Of a stretch of DNA of 32,217 bases, positions 1 to 8,654 are shown piece after piece. The position numbers were made by a program, and so were the translations under genes. The notes under the pieces were generated by a model. The model was not told the DNA's origin. It made no database searches and saw nothing but the letters and a program-made list of their open reading frames with translations. Origin of the DNA: Nemertoderma westbladi (lineage: Eukaryota > Animalia > Xenacoelomorpha); assembly GCA_032718475.1 (NCBI GenBank), contig JAUCBJ010002567.1:1-32217 (forward strand). The letters are read 5' to 3'. How positions within the stretch are numbered: the stretch's first letter is position 1; each line of letters starts with the position of its first letter.

Positions 1-1432
1 TAAAAAGTTTACTGCAATCACTTGAGAATAAATCCCACAACACCCCACCATAAAAACTAGTTGCATATAACTTTTGCACAACAGAGATATTGCTAGGTGT
101 TGCAAACCCAAATTCATGTCTCAATCCTGATAACTTACCTATAAACGCCCCCCTCTTACTTAAAACACCTATAAACGCCCCCATCTTACTTAAAACACCT
201 ATAAACGCCCCCATCTTACTTAAAACACCTATAAACGCCCCCCTCTTACTTAAAACGTCCTGGTGTAAATCGCACTTATAATCTAAAATAACACCCAAAT
301 GCTTAGCTTGTTGAACCCAGGGAAGTAAAATCCCATTCACTTTTACACGTGCAGTAGGAGGCTGCCACGTCCTGCCGAAAGGTACACATTTCGTTTTACA
401 TTTACGTAAATCAATATTTGTACTCAAACGCAACTTAAATTCAATACAAAAATCAACACAAATATTTACCATAAACTGTAGACCAATGACAGACGGGCAT
501 AGTAAAATCACATCATCAGCATAAGCAATACATCCAAAATAGTGAGCCCCAATAACATAACCTACTTTAGAACACCTCAATCTTATAATTAAAATATTTA
601 ATACAATACAAAACAAGGTCGGTGAGATTACCGACCCTTGTCTCACCCCATTGGTCACTGAAAAATTGTGTGAATTTACATTGGACCATCGCACAAAACA
701 AGTCTGATTTCTGTAAATGAAAAATAAACACCTCAAAAATAATAAATTAAAACCCTTTTTAATTAGTTCTAGAAACAGTTGTTTCCATTGCACCAGATCG
801 AAAGCTTTTGTAAAGTCAATCAGGCAACTATACACAGGTGAACCATTCCTCATGTAATAATTAACTACCTCTGAAACTGTCCAAGTACACATACTTGTAC
901 TTGACTTTGCAGTGAAACCAAACTGTAAATCGTCTAAATTTAATTTACTTTCTTCAGATAGAATAATGACCCATTCAAAAACCTTTAAAATCAAAGAGGC
1001 AATAGCAATCGCACGATAATTGTCTACCAGAGAAATATCACCTAACTTATCTTTTACTAAGGGTACTAAGGCTACTGATAAAAGACATTTAGATAAGGAA
1101 CCATGAATAAGAAAAGCATTAAATAACATACACAAATGTTTTTCAAGAACTTTACCACCAATTGCACCTGCATCAAAACTGTATGACACAACGGACTTAT
1201 TCGACTTCAAATGCTGAAGTGCATCATGTATAATATCTGTGGTTATAGTACACCTTGTACCGTTATAATCACCACTGAGTAACTAACCCAGACCTAATTT
1301 CCTTATCAACATTATCAAAATCAGCAGTAGGCGCATCTTGATTGTATAGTACCTTATAAACCTCTGCAAATTCAGCCGCAATACTTTGTGGATCAGTTTC
1401 CCCATTTACACAATCACTAATCAAATTACAAT
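1..1432 (-). pseudogene. LINE-A ORF2, reverse transcriptase part (open to the window edge, so absent from the ORF track)
   Basis: Reads NCNLISDCVNGETDPQSIAAEFAEVYKVLYN..., then a frameshift near 1280, then a continuous RT frame with YADD (plus-strand catcatcagcataagc at about 511-526) to position 1. Confidence 0.9.
137..256. repeat. 30-bp tandem repeat x4 inside LINE-A ORF2
   Basis: Unit ACCTATAAACGCCCCC(C/A)TCTTACTTAAAAC-like, exact 30-bp period; on the - strand it reads in frame as VLSK(R/M)GAFIG x4. Confidence 0.95.
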
Positions 1433-3271
1433 GGGGTAGACGACTCGGAAATTTTTTTTCGAGTTTTCGTTGGTTTCATGTGAAAGAGCACGTGAAAAAA
1501 CCCCAGAGAGCAATTTTACTTCAAAAAAATTAATATTTGCCGAGTTATAGCAATTTTAAAACGCAAAATTAGCAACATCAAAAAATCAGGCCGTTTCAGA
1601 AAACTGCACGAGTGACGTCAGCCATAACACAGCAACAGTTGTCAAGCGCAGTTGATTGGCTAATATAAAGTATAATATTGCAGTATCTAAAATAAATCAA
1701 ATAATAAATGTAGCTATGTATTTATTTGGATGTGTATTTATGTTGTGTTAAGAATCGATTATAGGATAGCGGTATGGAGGCAAATTATTCATATCAAGTT
1801 AATTATTCTAGAATAATATTTATTTCGCCCATACCTGTACCGTATAGCTGTAGCTAGAAACAAATATAGCTAGCTAAATACTGCCAGGCGTTTCATTAAT
1901 CTATTTTTTTATTGTTTTTACAGCGAACAATGCGGGATGGGTAGATTAGCACTAGATGGAAATTATTTAGATTTTTTGTCAGTTCACTGTAAAGTGTTAC
2001 TGGTACTAGTGTTGCCTGTGTCACCATTATTCTCTGCCTTTCATAATAGCTGTTTTTGGTTTGACATCCAAAAATATCAAAATACCAAAAAATACCAAAA
2101 CATAATGTTTTGGGCTATTGGTTTATGTTCTTGACATATTTTGGCTAGTTACATGTGAAACAAAATGTTTTAAAGAAAATGAAAACAAATGTTTGTGGTA
2201 GCTATTGTTTTCAATGGTATGTACTGTTTTAATATTGTAGCTAGTGTTTTTATAAAATACCACAAAATTTTATTTTTTGATGCCATTTCAGATGCCATTA
2301 CACCAACGCATGTGGTAGAAGTAAAATGTCCAACATCAAAACATGCCATTCAAAAATCTTATCTTACACAATCGAATATCGTAAGCGCTAAATTCATGTA
2401 ACAAATCCAACTTCAAATTCATCTTTGCAATAAACAATGGGCCTTGTTTAGCGTCGCAGATCCATCTTTTGAAATAAATGGCGAAGTGAAAATAGTTGAA
2501 GTATCATATGATTCCATATACATGCAAAGTTTACTGAAAAGTAGTCGTAGCTTCTGGAAGGAATATATATTTCCCAAAATTGTGAAAAAATAGATAATTA
2601 AAAAATGTAAATTATACAGTAGTTATAGTTCAACTAAATTCTGATTAATGGCAGCTGAAGATACTACGTCATCCATTACAGCTACATGGACTAACTATCA
2701 ATGCTTTTTGGAATTCAATAATTTAACTTGTATAAAAATAATTGCGATCGAAAAAGTGCGAATCCACAATCCGTATCCGAATCCGTAATCTAAGTTTTGA
2801 AGCTTAATAAAACATCAATGAGCTACTGGATTTCTACCACCTGGCAGTTTTAGCTACAAAATATGTTTTATTTTTATAGCTAACAACTGTATAGTTTGGG
2901 AAAAATAATTATTATTCTGGAATAATTAACTTGTCATGAATCAATTTCCACATTAAGATATCAAATAATGTATTCTTAACACAACACAAAAACACACCAA
3001 ATAAATATTAGCTACACAATTTATTTTAGTTACTAAGAGATTTATATTGTATAGTAACCAATGAACATTTACTGCTGCACTAGTGACGTCACTAGTGCAG
3101 TTTTCTAAAACGGCCTGATTTTTCGATGTTGCTAATTTTGCGTTTTAAAATCGCTATAACTCGGCCAATATTAATTTTTTTTAAGTAAAATTGCTCTCTG
3201 GGGTTTTTTCACATGCTCTTTCACATGAAACCAACGAAAACTCGAAAAAAATTTTCCGAGTCGTCTACCCC
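1433..3271. mobile_element. Non-autonomous TIR DNA transposon, ISL2EU-like (PIF/Harbinger-related)
   Basis: TIRs of about 190 bp (GGGGTAGACGACTCGGAAA... at 1433; ...TTTCCGAGTCGTCTACCCC at 3271), with degenerate inverted similarity extending to about 1820/2900. Flanked by AT on both sides (1431-1432, 3272-3273). The reconstructed empty site CAATTG restores the LINE frame LRGNCNLISD. GG termini, AT TSD and a YqaJ exonuclease are the described ISL2EU hallmarks. Confidence 0.85.
2280..2593 (+). pseudogene. YqaJ/lambda-exonuclease-like PD-(D/E)XK nuclease C-terminal fragment carried by the transposon
   Basis: Reading through TAA at 2399-2401 gives SDAITPTHVVEVKCP...KFM*QIQLQIHLCNKQWALFSVADPSFE...VSYDSIYMQSLLKSSRSFWKEYIFPKI. 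The D...EVKCP, QIQLQ and FW...IFP motifs are typical of eukaryotic YqaJ domains. Confidence 0.8.
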
Positions 3272-3273
3272 AT

Positions 3274-4580
3274 TGCCCCGTAGTTTACGAATTGTCTGCG
3301 AAAATGTCTGCGTTTCCGGTTACTGAAGCACGTATTAAATTTTCCCGTTTCACACGATCAGCTGAATTCTTAATCCGACGTACAGCATATTTATATTGTG
3401 CCCGAGTAGACTGTTTCATGTGAAATAAATTACCTTGATTCCCATTGGGCCGGCCGGCAGCACACCACATTCCATACCAAAAAACAGTCTCTTGTTTATA
3501 CGGCTTTACATACTGATTCCAACCCGGAATTTCCCTCCGCGTGTTTTCCCCTACCCATCCACCACTCTGCGGAAGTTCCTTAGATGCGGTTTCAATTGCA
3601 TCTAAGATTTTCACAGACAAATTTTCTAAACACAATCTATGATCTAAATCATTACAAAATATATCGCTACAGTTAATACACGGATTCTCTAAATTAATAC
3701 CCGATAAACCAGCATCCAATTTTCGCTGAAAATTTTCACGCTGAACTTCATTTGCTTTAGAAAAGTTAGACCTGATAGGATACACTGGATTCAACACATT
3801 ACGATTTAGTGGCTCAATATAAAACTTAGCATATACAGGGGAATGCCCCGATAAGTTAGCACCTGTATGCACTGAATCAGCCTCAAAACAATTATCGTGT
3901 AAAGCAGTACTTAAAATAAAGTGGTCTATAGTAGAAGTAAAGGTTCTACTATCTACGCAGTGCATATATGTATAGTCAATCGGTACCGAATCCCATAACA
4001 CATTTAAATAATGTGTATCAATAAATTCCCGTATATACCTTGTTTGTAGCGTTAAACGGGAAAAATCAACATTTAAATCACCACACCACAAAAAATTACA
4101 ATCTGTGTATTTGCTAAATAATTCGGAAATATCCTGCAACAATAACAGCGTATCGTCGGACAGCGAACTATTTGACTGCGTATCAACCGGAAAATAGCTA
4201 TTAATTAACACAATATTATTATTGGACCCATTACTACCCGGTAAGGATATTTTAATCCCTTGTATACGTTTATTATCACTGTCGATTTTTACCGGGGATA
4301 TATACTTTGCAATCTCCCTTTTGTACAAAATACATAAGCCAGCACATTGCCTACCCACATGGTTAACGTTGTCTGCTGTGAAAAACGCTGGTAAATATAG
4401 AAAATTACATGTTGGAAAATACTGTTTGAGTTTATAACTGCAACTCTCTAAAATAAAAGTTTCTTGCAAGCAAACTATATCTGCACCCAATAATAAGGTA
4501 TTAATGTAATCAACTTTATCTGGTGCTAATCCAGTCGAGTTATAAGACACAACAGTAATATCAGAAGCGGCTCCTAATAG
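3274..4580 (-). pseudogene. LINE-A ORF2, N-terminal part (APE endonuclease and linker)
   Basis: Frame opens after TAA at 4581-4583 (LLGAASDITVVSYNSTGL...) with no in-frame ATG near its start. It ends ADIFAD, then a 1-nt frameshift restores IRKLRG just before the transposon insertion. Confidence 0.9.
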
Positions 4581-4751
4581 TTAGTTATTTATATTGTGTT
4601 TTCTCCCAGTAGATTTTGTTTATAAACCTTTGAGAAGGACGACTTTGAGAAATTTTCGGGTTTAACGCAGCCCTTCAATGTTGTTCTAAAAAGGTTTTCC
4701 TAAATTTTAAAACAATTACGGAAAAATATCTTTTTTTATTAATTTTTTTGC

Positions 4752-4805
4752 ATGTGTTTCGCCGAGATTTGGCTCATCAACTACACTAACCCGTTCAGGA
4801 CACAT
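4752..4805 (-). ncRNA. Type III hammerhead ribozyme (complete; C3U core variant)
   Basis: Minus strand: AUGUG-UC^CUGAAC-GGGUUA-GUGUAG-UUGAUGA-GCC-AAAUCUC-GGC-GAA-ACACAU. Stem III is a perfect 6 bp, the cleavage triplet is GUC, stem I has 5/6 pairs, stem II has 3 GC pairs, and the core is UUGAUGA/GAAA. Predicted cut between 4799 and 4798. Confidence 0.85.
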
Positions 4806-5170
4806 ATTAATCAAACTAACTACACCAAAAACCAGCTAAACACACACACATACATATAAACAAAATGCATTCCAGATCAAATACGTACGTTTGGTGTAAT
4901 CATTTCCTTAGCAACACTAAATATTTTTAACTGATTTTACTCTTGCTAATTTTGGCCTAAGAATTTTCTTATCTCTCTCAACACCAACCATACGTGTGTC
5001 TGGTGGTTTACCGATAAAAAATTTATATACATAAAATTATATTTTCTCATAAATATATATAAACCACTCAGTCACTTAAAAATCGCTACTATTTTCTGAA
5101 AATTTTCGGGTTTAACGCAACCTTTCAATGTTATGCAATGCAATGTTATGCAATGCATATATTTTTTCAA

Positions 5171-5190
5171 ATATATATATATATATATAT
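5171..5190. repeat. (AT)n microsatellite
   Basis: About 10 AT units. Confidence 0.9.
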
Positions 5191-5356
5191 TTGACAGACC
5201 AATATCAAGCAAGTAAAATTAATTGGAAACAGAGAAACAACATGTTCCTATCTGTTCAACCGTAAGTAGTCATCATTTTATTTAAACAGGGACACAAAGC
5301 GCAACCCTGTTTAAATACTGTAAGTAAAATTATCACATTGGTTACATTTTTGAATT

Positions 5357-5403
5357 ATGTGTTTCGCCGGGATTTGGCTCATCAGCTACACTAACCCGTG
5401 CAG
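5357..5403 (-). ncRNA. Type III hammerhead ribozyme, 3' cleavage-product portion only
   Basis: Minus strand: CUGCAC-GGGUUA-GUGUAG-CUGAUGA-GCC-AAAUCCC-GGC-GAA-ACACAU. Canonical core and fully paired stem I. Similarity to the 4752-4805 copy (offset 605) stops at the nucleotide following GUC; upstream is an A8 run instead of AUGUGUC. Confidence 0.85.
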
Positions 5404-5411
5404 TTTTTTTT

Positions 5412-7678
5412 GCGTATATATGCGCTCACTGCTATACACGCTCACTGTTATATACACGCTCACTGTTATATATACGCTCACTGTTATATATACGCTCACT
5501 GTTATATACACGCTCACTGTTATATACACGCTCACTGTTATATACACGCTCACTGTTATATATACGCTCACTGTTATATACACGCTCACTGTTATATATA
5601 CGCCACTGTTATATACACGCTCACTGTTATATATACGCTCACTGTTATATACACGCTCACTGTTATATATACGCTCACTGTTATATACACGCTCACTGTT
5701 ATATACACGCTCACTGTTATATATACGCTCACTGTTATATACACGCTCACTGTTATATATACGCTCACTGTTATATACACGCTCACTGTTATATATACGC
5801 TCACTGTTATATACACGCTCACTGTTATATATATGCTCACTGTTATATACACGCTCACTGTTATATATACGCTCACTGTTATATACACGCTCACTGTTAT
5901 ATACACGCTCACTGTTATATATACGCTCACTGTTATATACACGCTCACTGTTATATACACGCTCACTGTTATATATACGCCACTGTTATATACACGCTCA
6001 CTGTTATATATACGCTCACTGTTATATACACGCTCACTGTTATATATACGCTCACTGTTATATACACGGTCACTGCTATATATAGGCTCACTGTTATATA
6101 TACGCTCACTGTTATATATACGCTCACTGTTATATACACGCTCACTTGTTATATATACGCTCACTGTTATATATACGCTCATTGTTATATACACGCTCAC
6201 TGTTATATACACGCTCACTGTTATATATACGCTCACTGTTATATACACGCTCACTGTTATATACACGCTCACTGTTATATATACGCTCACTGTTATATAT
6301 ACGCCACTGTTATATACACGCTCACTGTTATATATAAGCTCACTGTTATATACACGATCACTGCTATATATAGGCTCACTGTTATATACACGATCACTGC
6401 TATATATAAGCTCACTGTTATATACACGATCACTGCTATATATAGGCTCACTGTTATATACACGCTCACTGTTATATATACGCTCACTGTTATATACACG
6501 CTCACTGTTATATATAAGCTCACTGTTATATACACGATCACTGCTATATATAGGCTCACTGTTATATACACGATCACTGCTATATATAAGCTCACTGTTA
6601 TATACACGATCACTGCTATATATAGGCTCACTGTTATATACACGCTCACTGTTATATATACGCTCACTGTTATATACACGCTCACTGTTATATATACGCT
6701 CACTGTTATATACACGATCACTGCTATATATAGGCTCACTGTTATATACACGCTCACTGTTATATATACGCTCACTGTTATATATACGCTCACTGTTGTA
6801 TATACGCTCACTGTTATATACACGCTCACTGTTGTATATACGCTCACTGTTATATACACGCTCACTGTTATATATACGCTCACTGTTATATATACGCTCA
6901 CTGTTATATATACGCTCACTGTTATATACACGCTCACTGTTATATATACGCTCACTGTTGTATATACGCTCACTGTTATATATACGCTCACTGTTATATA
7001 TACGCTCACTGTTATATATACGCTCACTGTTATATATACGCTCACTGTTATATACACGCTCACTGTTATATATACGCTCACTGTTGTATATACGCTCACT
7101 GTTATATATACGCTCACTGTTATATATACGCTCACTGTTATATATACGCTCACTGTTATATATACGCTTACTGTTATATATACGCTCACTGTTATATATA
7201 CGCTCACTGTTATATATACGCTCACTGTTATATATACGCTCACTGTTATATATACGCTCACTGTTATATACACGCTCACTGTTATATACACGCTCACTGT
7301 TATATACATGATCACTGTTATATACACGCTCACTGTTATATACACGCTCACTGTTATATACACGCTCACTGTTATATATACGCTCACTGTTATATATATG
7401 CTCACTGTTATATATACGCTCACTGTTATATATACGCTCACTGTTATATATACGCTCACTGTTATATATACGCTTACTGTTATATATACGCTCACTGTTA
7501 TATATACGCTCACTGTTGTATATACGCTCACTGTTATATACACGCTCACTGTTATATATACGCTCACTTGTTATATACACGCTCACTGTTATATATACTC
7601 TTACTGTTATATATACACTCACTGTTATATATACGCTCACTGTAGTATATACGCTCACTGTTATATACACGCTATATA
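5412..7678. repeat. 18-bp minisatellite, left array (about 125 units)
   Basis: Unit ACGCTCACTGTTATATA(T/C); it produces the spurious YTLTVI/YIRSLL/YIHAHC/YNSERI ORFs. Confidence 0.98.
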
Positions 7679-7679
7679 A

Positions 7680-8654
7680 TACAAAAAAGAAGTAGAGGAT
7701 AACAAAATTCATAATGAAACTGACCAGCATGGATATGGCAAATCTCGCAATGTCGATATTTCTGAAAGATTTGTTGTAATAGACAGCCTAAGTGATGATG
7801 ATATTATAAACAATCATGCCTATCAGGTTGAAGGGGAACATGGAACTGTGGATGATTCATTGAAAACAGGAATCTGGGAAAAACGATTTAGAAAGCGTAA
7901 AAGCAGGATGGATCATACTGATGCGCTCTCATACCCAAATCCAGATAACCATTCAACATGTAAATCACATTTCTTGAGAAACAGATTTGATGTATTGTCA
8001 TCAACGGTTTGTGACCAATTAGATTCTGAACACAACCCTCTTATAGATAGAAGAGATGAAGGAAAACAGATAAACTCAAATGAACACAGTGTCAAGGAGA
8101 CAATCACATATAACAAGTTGTACACGGGACCCGCTTATAAAGGTATACCCAAACCTGAAGTTGCACCGAAATCGAGTAGAGATTTGCCCGAGCAAGTGGG
8201 CAGGTTACCAGATTACAAGATAAATACACTTGACCATCCAGGGGGTCCTAATCCACAAGACATCAAACGGCTGCAAGATGACCATTATGGGACGAATTAT
8301 ATAAGCTCAAATGTGTTTGGACGCCAAAGAATGCTGAAAGGTGCAGATACGTAAGCCACATCAACTATATATATCACCGGAATAAAGAGAGATAACTATG
8401 AGATTGACCTGTCTGATTACCTATACGATAGAGGCATTAGTGTGGATAATATAACTGCACGTTCATACAACAACTCCAAGTCAATGAGAGCCACCATCAA
8501 CACAGATGATTTAGATGTGGTGTTAAATGGGGACTTTTGGCCATATGGAATCCACTGCAGAGAGTGGATAAATTATACTTCAAGAAATCCGCGTTACAGA
8601 TGCAACTATAAAGATACCGTTTCGACCAGAAGAACTTACGGGCAGTATGTTTAG
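7680..8654 (+). pseudogene. LINE-B ORF1, 5'-truncated, one in-frame stop
   Basis: One frame open from 7680 (YKKEVEDNK...), TAA at 8352-8354, then ATSTIYITGI...LSDYL...SMRATI...FWPYGIHCREW, resembling the RRM-like C-terminus of CR1/L2-type ORF1. Overlaps the ORF2 start by 8 nt. Confidence 0.8.

Larger units (their letters stand above)
1..5403 (-). mobile_element. Degenerate non-LTR retrotransposon (LINE-A; APE endonuclease + RT, probably CR1 group such as L2/Daphne/Crack-like), running off the left window edge and interrupted by a DNA transposon at 1433-3271
   Basis: ORF 3285-4550 has APE motifs (VSYNSTG, DIVCLQET, NSYFP, CGDLNVD, STIDHF, SGHSPV). Manual - strand translation of 1-1430 gives RT motifs: NYRAIAIASLILKVFE, LQFGF, CLIDFTKAFDLV, GVRQGSVISPTLF, IAYADDV, KHLG, and C-terminal EFGFATP...YATSFYGGVLWDL. 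Frameshifts near 3290 and 1280. Placing the 5' boundary at 5403 is an inference from the hammerhead motifs; the clade is a tentative call from motif memory. Confidence 0.9.

Noticed and set aside
1427-1440. CAATGGGG terminus as a Transib/RSS-like CACAATG end
   Set aside because: Neither end has the full CAC and no 5-bp TSD is present; GG termini with AT TSD plus YqaJ fit ISL2EU better.
2630-2705. Minus-strand LVHVAVMDDVVSSAAINQNL as a transposase C-terminal relic
   Set aside because: Too short and degenerate to support without a profile search.
4649-4682. UUGAA-stem-GAAA motif as a third hammerhead (also 5098-5132)
   Set aside because: The core is too short or non-canonical and no stem I partner exists; kept only as a conserved hairpin.
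5412-7678. 18-mer as an array of Pax paired-domain sites or RSS heptamers
   Set aside because: CACGCTCACTG is one base short of the Pax spacing, and AACAGTG lacks the essential CAC.
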